Assembly: GCA_041641305.1 (NCBI GenBank)
Contig: JBEPYN010000002.1
Coordinates: forward strand, 352,001-416,000
Direction of reading: 5' to 3'
Origin: Nitrososphaerota archaeon
Lineage (GTDB): Archaea > Thermoproteota > Nitrososphaeria_A > Caldarchaeales > Caldarchaeaceae
Length of the DNA stretch: 64,000 nucleotides
The position numbers were made by a program, and so were the translations under genes. Under the pieces are notes generated by a model. The model did no database searches and was not told the DNA's origin. It was given only the letters and a program-made list of their open reading frames with translations. Shown here piece by piece: positions 8,669 through 18,098 of the stretch (the first letter of the stretch is position 1; every line of letters begins with the position of its first letter).

Positions 8669-9668
8669 CCACTAGAACCACTCTCGAGCCCTCGGATACA
8701 ATCCTTGCGGGCCTTATTTCGAGATGCAGAAACTTCCGTGGAAACAGTACGAGATACCTGCTGTTCAGCGGGTATCTTGTCCTAAGATGAATCACTAGGC
8801 CATACTTGTTCAATGGCTGGATGAAGTTATAGTGGAAAACCACGCCGCGCAGGGATAGGAGCCTGGCAGCCGCCAGCACGTCTATCGGTGAGCGGGTGGA
8901 GAGCTGTATAAGGTTGCCGACCGCGTCTCTATCCACCACAGCTATTCTTCCTAAACTACCTATCCAAAGGTTTTCAGGCCATAAAATCTCCTGAAGCAGC
9001 TTTTCTGAGAGGAAGGTTACTTGCTGGCTGTTTAGGCCCAGCTTGTCGCGTACATAGAAGCTGTGGTGGCCGAAGAGCGAGAGCAGGACCGGGTTGTATA
9101 TCTGTACGAGGTCGGGGTGGCTGAACGCGGCCGCTTTCGTCAAGTAGATTTCTTCGAAAACCATCAACTCCTCGATTGAGGGGAGATACTGCGTGAGCTG
9201 GTAAGCGGAGAAGCTTCTCCTCATGTATTCGAGCGGCTCTTTAAGGGAGTCAATGGTGTAGACCCGCAGCTCATATGAGTTGATTTTTTCCAGCCTCGTG
9301 GGCCTCAGCTCGAACGGCTCCTGCTCTTCTCCTTCAATTTTTGCAAAAATTCCTCCAATGATGGGGATGTAGTAGGAGCTGTTTATCTGGTAGACGTTTG
9401 TTAGTGAGCCTAATATGGAGAAAGCTTGCCAGACCTTTGGAGGGTATGGATGTGAAGCAGGCTTGAAAGGCATCTTGGATGCAAGAATGACATGGAACCC
9501 CGCGTCCCTAAGCCTCCGAACCAAGGAAAGGAGACGAGCAATCGGCTCAAGCTCTTGCAGGAGGCTCGGCATATAAGCCGCTTTTCTAAGCTTTTTCACA
9601 AATGTTTCCTGTATTTCTGCAAGCAGGTGTTCGACGTCTCCCTCCATGGTCATGGGGATGCTGGACAT
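8631..9668 (-). CDS. Hypothetical protein (345 aa)
   Basis: Long ORF within an operon-like run. Confidence 0.75.
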   Translation of the reverse strand: MSSIPMTMEGDVEHLLAEIQETFVKKLRKAAYMPSLLQELEPIARLLSLVRRLRDAGFHVILASKMPFKPASHPYPPKVWQAFSILGSLTNVYQINSSYYIPIIGGIFAKIEGEEQEPFELRPTRLEKINSYELRVYTIDSLKEPLEYMRRSFSAYQLTQYLPSIEELMVFEEIYLTKAAAFSHPDLVQIYNPVLLSLFGHHSFYVRDKLGLNSQQVTFLSEKLLQEILWPENLWIGSLGRIAVVDRDAVGNLIQLSTRSPIDVLAAARLLSLRGVVFHYNFIQPLNKYGLVIHLRTRYPLNSRYLVLFPRKFLHLEIRPARIVSEGSRVVLVDDDAIQSLQTGT

Positions 9669-9671
9669 GGA

Positions 9672-10217
9672 TTAGGGTCTTTGAGGCCTTGTTAGCGGGA
9701 GTCTATGTCTTGTGAGGAAACCGAACCATTTATCAAGCTCAGCGGCCCTCTCGCGCTCGAAAGGCAGCACAGCCGCAGTAGCGCCTAACTCCCTCAGTTT
9801 ATTGGCCGCAATCTCAGCCCCCTTCAAATCCGAGAACACTAGGACATCATCGTTGAAGAATTTCGCTATGCCTGTGCATAGGCCGGCTGAGGCTGTGTAT
9901 AGTGTCGCGGCGGTGTGGATGAGCCCAGCCCGGCATTCGTTTAGGGCTGTTGCTGTGTAGACTCTTACATCGTCTGGATGATAGACGATTACACATGAGC
10001 CGGCGTGGAGCCTTCCCCATCGCCTGCATTCGCATCTTTCCTTAACCATGTCGAGAAGCATGTTGTTGACAGACTCGAAGCCGATGAACCCGTTCGCCTC
10101 AACCCCGTCAACCTTCTGGTCTTCCACGAGTCTATACTCGTCTATCAGGCCTTCAAACATGGATAGGTAGCTGGCGAAGCTTTCTAAATACATGGGGTTT
10201 ACTCTGAACTTTATCAT
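9672..10217 (-). CDS. Hypothetical protein
   Basis: ORF with a GGGGCGTGA Shine-Dalgarno-like sequence, tightly packed. Confidence 0.7.
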   Translation of the reverse strand: MIKFRVNPMYLESFASYLSMFEGLIDEYRLVEDQKVDGVEANGFIGFESVNNMLLDMVKERCECRRWGRLHAGSCVIVYHPDDVRVYTATALNECRAGLIHTAATLYTASAGLCTGIAKFFNDDVLVFSDLKGAEIAANKLRELGATAAVLPFERERAAELDKWFGFLTRHRLPLTRPQRP

Positions 10218-10220
10218 GTT

Positions 10221-10541
10221 TCACGCCCCCGTGGTCTGCTGGCTTGCTTGTAGATGTCTGCGTCTTAGGAAGCGTTTTCCCCCGCTTTCGGTAACCTCGT
10301 AAACATACTCCCCAATCTTTACCCCGCCCTTGGCCGAGGCCTTTTCGACAAGGTCTGGAGGAGCTTGGTCTGCGAAGACCCATTCGCCGCGGCCGTCACG
10401 GTATTGTCTCCACGGCAGGTTGTCGAAGCCTGTCTCCCCCTCCTCTCTAAGAAGGTCCCTGAGCTGTTTCAATATATCCAGCTCTTTCTCGAGCTGTTTT
10501 ATTCTCTCGTCGAGGAAGGCGCGTAGTTTATCGCTGCTCAT
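10221..10541 (-). CDS. Hypothetical protein with N-terminal coiled coil
   Basis: Coupled to nrdJ; heptad pattern followed by an aromatic-rich small domain. Confidence 0.7.
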   Translation of the reverse strand: MSSDKLRAFLDERIKQLEKELDILKQLRDLLREEGETGFDNLPWRQYRDGRGEWVFADQAPPDLVEKASAKGGVKIGEYVYEVTESGGKRFLRRRHLQASQQTTGA

Positions 10542-12783
10542 GAGCCAGCACCTGCTCCTTCCCGAGGCCGAGGACCTCCAATGTCCTGTTTCTCACCTGT
10601 CTCCTCACCTTGACTGAGGGGGCGTGTAGGACTTGAACGCCTTTGGATGTGTCTCTGAACACGGTTATCCCTTTGACTCCTATTTTTTCAGCCGCGACGT
10701 ATGCGTTTAGGACGTCCTCAACCGTTGCCTCTGCCGGCATGTTGATTGTCTTGCTCACAGAGCTGTCAACCCACTTCTGTATCTCATACTGGGCCCTGAG
10801 ATGGTCCCACCAAGCAATTTCCCTAGCTGTGACGAAGACGTCCCGCATATCCTCAGGTATCTCGTCTATCCCTTGTACGGAGCCGCCGTTTTCGGAGACT
10901 TTTTTGAGCAGCTCCATGGAGTAAAGCCCACGCTCCTTCAACTGCCTCTCAAACTCTATGTCGACATAGTAGAACCGCCCCACTGTGACATGTTTTTCAT
11001 AGACAAGCGCGAACTGTGGCTCTAGCCCGGCCGATACATCGAATATCATGGATATGCTGCCTGTGGGGGCTACCGTGGTGACGTGGCTGTTTCTAAGCCC
11101 CACCCGCTTCACGCGTTCCGACACTTCTCTCCAGTCCATTGTCCACATCTCGGGGTGATAGAAGCCCTCTACGGCAAGCAGCCCCTGTGTGTAGAAGCTG
11201 GCGTCATACAATGGGAATCTGCCCTTCTCCTCCGCAAGGCTTGACGATGCCATGTAGGCGTGGTAGGAGATGAACTCCATCACCCTGCTCATGGTGCTGA
11301 AGCCTTCTTCGCTGTCATAGGGTATGCCGAGGGCGTAGAGCATGTCCGCTAACCCCATTATGCCTAGCCCAATCCTCCGGTGTCGCCGGTTCTCCTCTGT
11401 TAGGCGCGGGAACGGATGTCTGTTGACGTCTATCGCGTTGTCTAGGAATCTTACAGAGGTTTCAACGGATTCTCTCAGCTTTTCCCAGTCGATTTTTCTG
11501 GCTTCCCTGTCCACGTGCTCGTAAAGGTTGATGCTGCCTAGGTTACAGGACTCATATGGATAGAGCGGCTGCTCCCCGCATGGGTTGGTGCATACTATAT
11601 CGCCCAAAGCTTGTCGGAGAGGGTTTCTCCTGTTTATATGATGCTTGAACAATAGCCCCGGGTCGCCTGTCATCCACGCCTGTCTAGCTATCTCCTGTAA
11701 GAGTGTTCTGGCGTTCACCTCCCCCACCTTCATCCCTGTCCTTGGGTTTATCAGAGGATAGCTGGAGTTGGAGTGGTAGCTTCGCCAGAACTCCTCATCA
11801 GTCATGACGGATATGTTGAAGTTCTCGAACCCGCCGTTTTCCTTGCATGTTATGAACTTCATGACATCTGGGTGCCATGCCTCGAGTATGCCCATGTTGG
11901 CTGCTCTTCTTCTACCGCCTTGCTTGATAACATCGGCTACCTTATCTATCAGGCTCATGAATGAGACCGGTCCGGATGCGACACCACCGCTTGAAGATAC
12001 AACGTCACCTTCCGGTCTCAGCTTTGAATAGTTTATTCCAACTCCTCCGCCTGTCTTGAAAATCAACGCAGCCCCCTCAGCAGCCCTCATAATCGAGGAA
12101 ATATCATCCTCGACGTCGAGCACAAAGCATGCGCTGAGCTGGCCGAGCCTAGCTCCTGCGTTGAAGAGCGTCGGGCTGTTGGGTAGAAAGCGTTTCTCGA
12201 ACAAAAGGTTGGCGAACCTGTGGAAAGACTCCACCGCCTTTTCGGGAAGCGGCTTGCCCCTTATGTGGATGTATTGGTTTGTCACGAAGTTTTCTGGAAT
12301 ATTGTATGTTAGGGCTCCGCCCTTGTCTGCGACGGCTATGGCTGAAGCAACGCGGTACACCATTCCCTCGGGGGTTTCGATAATCCTGCCCTCCTCATTC
12401 CGTAGAAGATACCTCGAAGCAAGCAGCCTAACCGCGTTGACGGATAGCGCTTTCTTGGTCCATCTCTGAGGCTCCACCCCAAGTATGGATTTCTTCTCAG
12501 CTCTCTCCTGCTCCCTTCTGTGCCTGTAGGTTATGTAGGCTTTGGCAACGTCGTAGAGGCCATGCCTCATTAATGAAAGCTCGACAATATCTTGTATCCG
12601 CTCGACGTGAGGCTTTTCATCACCCTGTGTCTCCAATATCGAGACCACTTCAGCGGTCACTTTCTTGGCGGACACGGTGTCAACACGCCCAACCTCTCTC
12701 ATTGCCCCGAGTATGGCTTTCTCTATACGTGAAGGGTCGAAATCCTCAAGCCTTCCATCCCTCTTCACAACAGCCTTCAACAT
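10528..12783 (-). CDS. nrdJ: Class II (B12-dependent) ribonucleotide reductase with ATP cone
   Basis: VVKRDG ATP cone, PNSPTLFN, LSACFV, TNPCGEQ, CNLGSIN, VAPTGSIS, SVSKTIN motifs. Confidence 0.93.
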   Translation of the reverse strand: MLKAVVKRDGRLEDFDPSRIEKAILGAMREVGRVDTVSAKKVTAEVVSILETQGDEKPHVERIQDIVELSLMRHGLYDVAKAYITYRHRREQERAEKKSILGVEPQRWTKKALSVNAVRLLASRYLLRNEEGRIIETPEGMVYRVASAIAVADKGGALTYNIPENFVTNQYIHIRGKPLPEKAVESFHRFANLLFEKRFLPNSPTLFNAGARLGQLSACFVLDVEDDISSIMRAAEGAALIFKTGGGVGINYSKLRPEGDVVSSSGGVASGPVSFMSLIDKVADVIKQGGRRRAANMGILEAWHPDVMKFITCKENGGFENFNISVMTDEEFWRSYHSNSSYPLINPRTGMKVGEVNARTLLQEIARQAWMTGDPGLLFKHHINRRNPLRQALGDIVCTNPCGEQPLYPYESCNLGSINLYEHVDREARKIDWEKLRESVETSVRFLDNAIDVNRHPFPRLTEENRRHRRIGLGIMGLADMLYALGIPYDSEEGFSTMSRVMEFISYHAYMASSSLAEEKGRFPLYDASFYTQGLLAVEGFYHPEMWTMDWREVSERVKRVGLRNSHVTTVAPTGSISMIFDVSAGLEPQFALVYEKHVTVGRFYYVDIEFERQLKERGLYSMELLKKVSENGGSVQGIDEIPEDMRDVFVTAREIAWWDHLRAQYEIQKWVDSSVSKTINMPAEATVEDVLNAYVAAEKIGVKGITVFRDTSKGVQVLHAPSVKVRRQVRNRTLEVLGLGKEQVLAHEQR

Positions 12784-12785
12784 GC

Positions 12786-12980
12786 CTAACCTGCCTCCGC
12801 CTTGGATATAACTGGATGAGGCCTTGTGCTGGTTTCGAGCCGGTTCCTCTTCCTTCTCGGCTTCTTTCTCAACAGCGTGCCGCAGTCAGGGCATCTAATG
12901 GCCCTTGTCTTGAAGTATGTCCTGCATCTCGAGCAGAAGCGGTATCCAAGGGCATAGCAGCCGTATCCGCTTCTAATCAC
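12786..12980 (-). CDS. Small C4 zinc-finger protein, family copy 1
   Basis: GYRFCSRC...RCPDCG..LR.KPR. Confidence 0.75.
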   Translation of the reverse strand: MIRSGYGCYALGYRFCSRCRTYFKTRAIRCPDCGTLLRKKPRRKRNRLETSTRPHPVISKAEAG

Positions 12981-13369
12981 TGCGCCTCACCCACCTTGGG
13001 GATGAACAGCATTAGTTTCTGTTCTATTGAGCCTTTGACTGTTATCTCGAAAACCTCGCCGTATATGGGCGGGCATAGCACCCGGATAAATGTGCCCCTC
13101 TGTGGAGGTACGAAAACCGCGTGGACCTGTTCATGTTCTCCTGTGATATTTTTGCAGATGGCCTCCCGCACCTCTACGAACCTGTCTGAGTAGAGCCACA
13201 GCCATAGGTAGGAGCCCATAAGTCTAATATCTGCGAGACTAGCCTCTAAGCGGGGCGGCGCCGATTCTTCTGGGAACATGTCCAAAACAGGTCCCCTAGA
13301 GCTTGTAACCGCTAAAACCGCCGCCCCTATGCCGAGTATAACCATGAGTAAAACGGCGCGCCTCATCAA
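12977..13369 (-). CDS. Membrane-anchored or secreted hypothetical protein
   Basis: N-terminal hydrophobic helix; promoter at 13391-13408. Confidence 0.7.
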   Translation of the reverse strand: MMRRAVLLMVILGIGAAVLAVTSSRGPVLDMFPEESAPPRLEASLADIRLMGSYLWLWLYSDRFVEVREAICKNITGEHEQVHAVFVPPQRGTFIRVLCPPIYGEVFEITVKGSIEQKLMLFIPKVGEAQ

Positions 13370-13390
13370 AATCTTCTCGGAGGCGCATAC

Positions 13391-13408
13391 ATTTATTCCG
13401 ATGAGGCC
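13391..13408 (-). promoter_or_regulatory. GGCC-type promoter GGCCTCATCGGAATAAAT (heads the run containing nrdJ and dprA)
   Basis: 24 nt before the ATG at 13366. Confidence 0.7.
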
Positions 13409-13492
13409 ATTTAGCTAATGGACCATCCAGCCACAACCGCTACCCACGACCTCATGAAAACCATGAGCTAATCGAAGAATTTAATTGATAAA

Positions 13493-13510
13493 GGCCCTAT
13501 CCGCTTAAAT
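13493..13510 (+). promoter_or_regulatory. GGCC-type promoter GGCCCTATCCGCTTAAAT
   Basis: 24 nt before the ATG at 13535. Confidence 0.7.
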
Positions 13511-13534
13511 TATTAAACGGCCTCTGCCAATAAC

Positions 13535-13744
13535 ATGGAAGTGAGGAAAACAGCTAGGAACAGCTATGCAATGGGTTACAAGTTTTGTAGAAGATGCCAC
13601 CTATATGTGAAAACGGAGTCAAGGATTTGCCCAATCTGCCACAATCATGTGCGAAGCGGCCCGAGGAGCAGAAGGTTGAAGCAAAAAATTCGTCTAGATA
13701 AAATGGAGAATGTAGGCTCAACATCCCTCAATCCATCAGCGTAA
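13535..13744 (+). CDS. Small C4 zinc-finger protein, family copy 2
   Basis: GYKFCRRC...ICPICH..VR.GPR. Confidence 0.75.
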   Translation: MEVRKTARNSYAMGYKFCRRCHLYVKTESRICPICHNHVRSGPRSRRLKQKIRLDKMENVGSTSLNPSA

Positions 13745-13960
13745 TACCTTCCACCTATTTTCGGTCACAGGATAATCCGCTCTAATTCGCCAAAATTTCG
13801 GCTTTCTACAGGGAGGGCTTGACCATATATGGTCAAAGCAGCCCTCACGTATCTTGAAGCGTAATACTTCTTGGGTAATTTCGGTCGCCAGATAATTGGG
13901 CCTAATTCCCGGAAATTTCGCCTCTCCACGGATACTCGTTGACCATATATTGTCAAAAAA
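13738..13960. repeat. Imperfect tandem repeat with a 120-bp period, each unit containing TTGACCATATAT(G/T)GTCAA
   Basis: Blocks AGCGTAATAC, TTTCGGTC, GATAAT, CTAATTC, AAATTTCG and the palindrome recur exactly 120 bp apart (palindromes at 13819-13836 and 13939-13956). Confidence 0.85.
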
Positions 13961-14020
13961 TAGCAAATTTTTTCCGACTTGCCCTCATTTTCTTATATCC
14001 ACCTAGTCTAATCTAAACAA

Positions 14021-14386
14021 TTGGTTATGAATCCGGTGTTCTTTGAAGACATTTCCGTGGTCAAGTATTGCTCCAACTGTGGAGTGCACATGTATTTCGC
14101 GGGTGATGAATGTCCGGGTTGCTCTGAACTTCTCATCGTCGAGTTTCATACTCGTAGGAAAAACCGCCTCCCAGTGTATCTGGTGAGGAAAGGGGGAAGG
14201 TATAGACATGGTTTCAAGTATTGCTGCTCCTGCAGGCTCCACATATGGCTGGAAGGAGGTTTACAAAGGTGCCCGTTCTGTAAAAGACTTGTTCGTAACG
14301 GTCCACGGGGCAAACACAATGGAGATGGGAAACCGAGAGTAGATATATCCACTTTGGAAGAGGAAGAATACGGCTCTATGTTTTAA
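14021..14386 (+). CDS. Double C4 zinc-finger protein, family copy 3
   Basis: KYCSNC..CPGC and GFKYCCSC..RCPFC..VR.GPR. Confidence 0.75.
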   Translation: MVMNPVFFEDISVVKYCSNCGVHMYFAGDECPGCSELLIVEFHTRRKNRLPVYLVRKGGRYRHGFKYCCSCRLHIWLEGGLQRCPFCKRLVRNGPRGKHNGDGKPRVDISTLEEEEYGSMF

Positions 14387-14801
14387 CCTCTATGAGATTA
14401 TCCTCTACATGAAGGCCTTCATCAATTAGTTTTTCGCTCAGTTCTTTGGCTCTCCGCGCTATTCTAATCATCCTCTCCCTAGGAGATTCAAGAGCTATGA
14501 GCCTGAAGCTAGCCGGCTGCTTAGCCACCTCATCGATGCTCTCGATAGCTGCTGCCAAGAGCGCGGCCTTGGTAAGCGGCATGGTTATAGGCAGCTTGAG
14601 GAGCCAATTGTCGCCGCTTCTCTCCAGTAGACATCTGCCTGCTTCACCTGTTGCTTGGAGGCGGCTCAGGGATATGTTCTCTAGGATGTCTGTGTTCCCG
14701 TAGAGGGCTCCGAATATCTGCTTATCAGAGACTTCTCCGTCGACCTTGATGGAGAAAACCAACGTGGACTCATGTTTGTAGCTGTTCTGAATGCTCTGCA
14801 T
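14376..14801 (-). CDS. Stand-alone homologue of the archaeal DnaG N-terminal domain (no TOPRIM)
   Basis: DGEV...IFGALYGNT, LQATGEAGR, ALLAAAIESIDEV and RAKEL resemble the recalled archaeal DnaG N-terminus (GVV.KPDVVGAIFGQTE, LQ.TGRIGR, A.LAA.LE.IDRVGP, RAK.I). Confidence 0.7.
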   Translation of the reverse strand: MQSIQNSYKHESTLVFSIKVDGEVSDKQIFGALYGNTDILENISLSRLQATGEAGRCLLERSGDNWLLKLPITMPLTKAALLAAAIESIDEVAKQPASFRLIALESPRERMIRIARRAKELSEKLIDEGLHVEDNLIEVKT

Positions 14802-14802
14802 G

Positions 14803-14970
14803 TCACCACCTCCTAACTACCTGTTTTCCACCGTTTCTTTTATCACGGTTGTTTCCGTTGAATGGTCTAAACAGCCTCATGAAAAAGAGGCCCAACGCAA
14901 ACCTTGCTTTTCGGCTAATCATGAGGAAGAGGACGACGGCCATGGCGATGACGAGTAATGGTAGACTCAT
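14803..14970 (-). CDS. 55-aa small membrane protein not in the ORF track (MSLPLLVIAMAVVLFLMISRKAR...)
   Basis: Manual translation; promoter GGCCTCATCCCCTTAAAT (14994-15011) lies 23 nt upstream; its 3' end contains the AGGAGGTG Shine-Dalgarno of the next gene. Confidence 0.7.
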   Translation of the reverse strand: MSLPLLVIAMAVVLFLMISRKARFALGLFFMRLFRPFNGNNRDKRNGGKQVVRRW

Positions 14971-14995
14971 GGTTTTAGGGATTATAATGATGGAT

Positions 14996-17338
14996 TTAAG
15001 GGGATGAGGCCTCTGTCGCTACAACATCATGTATGTTTACTGTCATCGCTCCATCTATTCTTATGAAGGATGCTATGGCCTTGAATGTCTTCCCTTTCTT
15101 GAGAAGGTCCCGTGGCCCTTGATAGGTTGCTGGCTCCAGCCTAGCCCTGAAGCTATCATCGACAACCACTACCGCGAAACCGGGGTAAACCTTCTCAACC
15201 CTGATGGTGTGAACCTTGGATGGAGCTTTGGCTGCTTTCACCGCAGCTTTCGCCACATACCTGTCACCAGCCTTCACCACCAGCCCCTCGCCGACAAGCC
15301 TGTTGATGGACATTCTCACGATATCCGGGTCGTATTCGACAGCTTGCAGGGCATCGGCAAAGGATAATCCTTTTTCCCCAGAGTTAAGTATCAGCTCGTA
15401 GAGCCTCTTCCTGCATGCAAATAGCTCGCCGTGGGATATCTTACGCGCGGTTACATAAACAGGTTCGCCGTCCTCGGCCTGAACATATTCTGTCGGCTTG
15501 GTCTGCCTAAGCCATGGCCATGGCTTACCCGGCTCAGGCTCCGGCCCCTTCCTACCCAGCTTGAACCCCTCTAGTTTCTTAGCTACTTTCTCCAACAGCT
15601 TCGCCATCTTCTTCGCCCTCCGGTAGCCCTCGGCGAAGTAGTATTCGTCAACCGTGTCTTCGGCGAGGAGGATGGTCACCTTGCCCGGCAGCCTTCGGCC
15701 GGTTCTGCCCCTTCTCTGGATGTAGCGTATCCCCGATATCGCCGGCTCGTAGAAAATCACGTATCCGCACTCCGGTATGTCTAGCCCCTCCTCTCCAATG
15801 GATGTGGCGACGAGTATGTTGAACTCTCCTTCCCTGAACCCTTTCAGCACCCTCATCTGCTCCTCTTGGCTCATCTTGGGCCCTTCCTTGCCCTCGCCCT
15901 TGCCGACGAACATCTTAGCCCTGTAGCCGAGCTGGCTGAGCCTCCACGTAACCACCTCAGCCGTGTTCCTGATGTTAGCGAAGACCATGACCCTGTCGCC
16001 GGGTTTCTCGCTGAAGTGCTGCGACAGCCTGTTGAGCAAAGCCTCTACCTTTGGATGGTCTAGGCTGCATTTCTCCGCCAGCTCAGCTATTCTATGGAAG
16101 TCCCCGCTTGACGCGAGCATTCTATGGCTCCTCAGCTCCGAGGACTTTACGTCGTTGAGGTATTGCCTCAGGCTGTATACATGCTGGCTCTCTATCAGCT
16201 CTAGCGCATGGTATAGGCTGAGGACCTCGGATATCATGGCCATGTAATGCATGTTCCGCCCCTTTATTCCAGAGCTTATCTCGGCCCTCAGCCTATTCAT
16301 CGCCTGCACGAGGGCGGCTCTGGTGACGTTTTTCAGAGGCATCCTCACTACGCCGAAGCCCTGTAGCTGTCTTACCCTGTTCTCTATCGCTGCCTTGATT
16401 GCTGACCTTATCTCCTCATACTCCTTTGGTAGCTTGACCCTGACCCAGTCAACCTTCACCCCGGGTATGTAGCTCGATACTTCTTCATGCTCCTCGCTCC
16501 TCCACGATATCTTTTCTATCCATAGGTTCTTCACAACCTCCATCACCCTGTCCTCGTCGCTTCCGGGGCTGGCTGTGAGAGCAAGGATGCGGGGCCATGG
16601 GCAGCTTCTGACGTATTCTGAAGCCAGCCTAGTGTATGCGTACCGGCTTCTGCTTCTATGGCACTCGTCAAAGACTAGAAGCGCGAACTCCTCAAGCCTT
16701 ACCCAGCCGCGCCTATAGTCGTTGTAAGCCGTCTGGGGTGTGGAGAACACTATCCTGACGGATGGGCTGCCCCAAGCCATTTTCCTGACGCTTTCACCGG
16801 TTTCCCCAGTTACTGCGACAGCCTCGTCCTCCGAAATGTTTAGGTGTTTGAGGAAGCTCTGCCTGTGCTGGAGGACTAGAGGTTTTGTAGGTGCCATAAC
16901 AAGTATCCTGCAGCCGGGGTGCCTGTGAAGTAGTTCGGCTGCAGCTAGCTCAGCTATCACAGTTTTCCCCAATGCCGTTGGCAGAACCACCAATGTATTG
17001 TTTTTGAGAGCTTCCTCAACCATGTTCCTCTGGTATTCTCGGTCCTCTATTGTGTCCGGCTTAACCATCGGATGGCTGACAAACACATGCCTATCAAGAG
17101 GCTGCTCAACAACTTTCCTATCCTTTTTCTTCTCCGCCTCTGTCTTCTTCGGGGGCGGTGGAGTTGTTAACAGGCCTTCAGCAACCTTAACCGCGTAAAT
17201 ATGCTTACAGTCTCTTACCAACTTTTTTGCTCTGAAGACATAGTCTGGGCATGTGCATGAGAATTTTTCACCATCAAAAGTCACCCTATAGATTTTTGTG
17301 GGGTCTTCTTGGCTGGGTATGTCCCAGTGGACCGGCAT
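14996..17338 (-). CDS. Hef/FANCM(Mph1)-like helicase with N-terminal SWIM finger and no ERCC4 nuclease domain
   Basis: REYQ, LPTALGKT, DECHR, LTASPG, ATSIGEEGLDIP, QRRGRTGR motifs; SWIM CTC...CKH at the N-terminus. Confidence 0.88.
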   Translation of the reverse strand: MPVHWDIPSQEDPTKIYRVTFDGEKFSCTCPDYVFRAKKLVRDCKHIYAVKVAEGLLTTPPPPKKTEAEKKKDRKVVEQPLDRHVFVSHPMVKPDTIEDREYQRNMVEEALKNNTLVVLPTALGKTVIAELAAAELLHRHPGCRILVMAPTKPLVLQHRQSFLKHLNISEDEAVAVTGETGESVRKMAWGSPSVRIVFSTPQTAYNDYRRGWVRLEEFALLVFDECHRSRSRYAYTRLASEYVRSCPWPRILALTASPGSDEDRVMEVVKNLWIEKISWRSEEHEEVSSYIPGVKVDWVRVKLPKEYEEIRSAIKAAIENRVRQLQGFGVVRMPLKNVTRAALVQAMNRLRAEISSGIKGRNMHYMAMISEVLSLYHALELIESQHVYSLRQYLNDVKSSELRSHRMLASSGDFHRIAELAEKCSLDHPKVEALLNRLSQHFSEKPGDRVMVFANIRNTAEVVTWRLSQLGYRAKMFVGKGEGKEGPKMSQEEQMRVLKGFREGEFNILVATSIGEEGLDIPECGYVIFYEPAISGIRYIQRRGRTGRRLPGKVTILLAEDTVDEYYFAEGYRRAKKMAKLLEKVAKKLEGFKLGRKGPEPEPGKPWPWLRQTKPTEYVQAEDGEPVYVTARKISHGELFACRKRLYELILNSGEKGLSFADALQAVEYDPDIVRMSINRLVGEGLVVKAGDRYVAKAAVKAAKAPSKVHTIRVEKVYPGFAVVVVDDSFRARLEPATYQGPRDLLKKGKTFKAIASFIRIDGAMTVNIHDVVATEASSP

Positions 17339-17394
17339 CTGAGTGGAAGAAGGCCCTAGACTCTTAAATATTTTGAGTGACCTAGTGACTTCGG

Positions 17395-17682
17395 ATGAGT
17401 TATAGAAAAGGCCGGAGATTCGAGTATGAGGTTAGGGATTATTTTGAGAGGAGAGGATGGCTTGTTATCAGGGCTGCTAGAAGCAGGCCCGTTGACTTGG
17501 TGTGTATAAAGGATGGGAAAGTTATGCTGGTTGAATGCAAGTACGCTGGAGGCAGGGTTCAAAAAGATGAGCGGAAAGCTCTTGAGAAAATGGGTGAAAA
17601 ACATGGAGTGGATGTGGCTGTTGTGCGGAGAAAGAGGAGAGGCGTGATAGAGATTGAGCCGCTCTATTCCGGAGGCGTGTAG
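17395..17682 (+). CDS. hjc: Holliday junction resolvase, Hjc family
   Basis: YRKGRRFE, VIRAARS..VDL, LVECK (PD-(D/E)xK); promoter GGCCCTAGACTCTTAAAT at 17352-17369. Confidence 0.85.
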   Translation: MSYRKGRRFEYEVRDYFERRGWLVIRAARSRPVDLVCIKDGKVMLVECKYAGGRVQKDERKALEKMGEKHGVDVAVVRRKRRGVIEIEPLYSGGV

Positions 17683-18056
17683 GGCTCTATCCTTGTTTCG
17701 CATCCACAGCGTGGACAGGGCGGCCTAGTCTTGCCAACTATCTCAGGCCACCTGTGTCCACATTGTTGGTCTGTGCAGACTGCTGTGACGACTTGAAGCT
17801 CCCCCTGCTCTCTCATCTTATGAATCTCCCAGTCTTCATACATCTGGGCCGGTGACATTGTTGTGAAGCTTTCACTAGAGGGGTATTCAGCGTAGCATTT
17901 AGGGCATCTATAGGATGAGCTGACAAGTTTCCAATATTTACTCCCATGGTGGTCGATGCTCAGCAGATACTCCTGTGTAACAACGAGCGTGTGTAGGGTG
18001 GAGTTGCAGTTCGGGCATTTGAGAACCTTCTCAAACCTCGGAGGGCCTATCATCAT
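17664..18056 (-). CDS. Multi-zinc-ribbon protein
   Basis: Four Cys pairs. Confidence 0.65.
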   Translation of the reverse strand: MMIGPPRFEKVLKCPNCNSTLHTLVVTQEYLLSIDHHGSKYWKLVSSSYRCPKCYAEYPSSESFTTMSPAQMYEDWEIHKMREQGELQVVTAVCTDQQCGHRWPEIVGKTRPPCPRCGCETRIEPYTPPE

Positions 18057-18098
18057 GGATATGCTTAGCTGTCCCTGCTTTGGTTAAAAACCTGTCGG

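Noticed and set aside
13736-13966. 76-aa and 63-aa minus-strand ORFs with an internal duplication
   Set aside because: More simply explained as the non-coding 120-bp repeat with palindromes; not fully excluded because the period is a multiple of 3.
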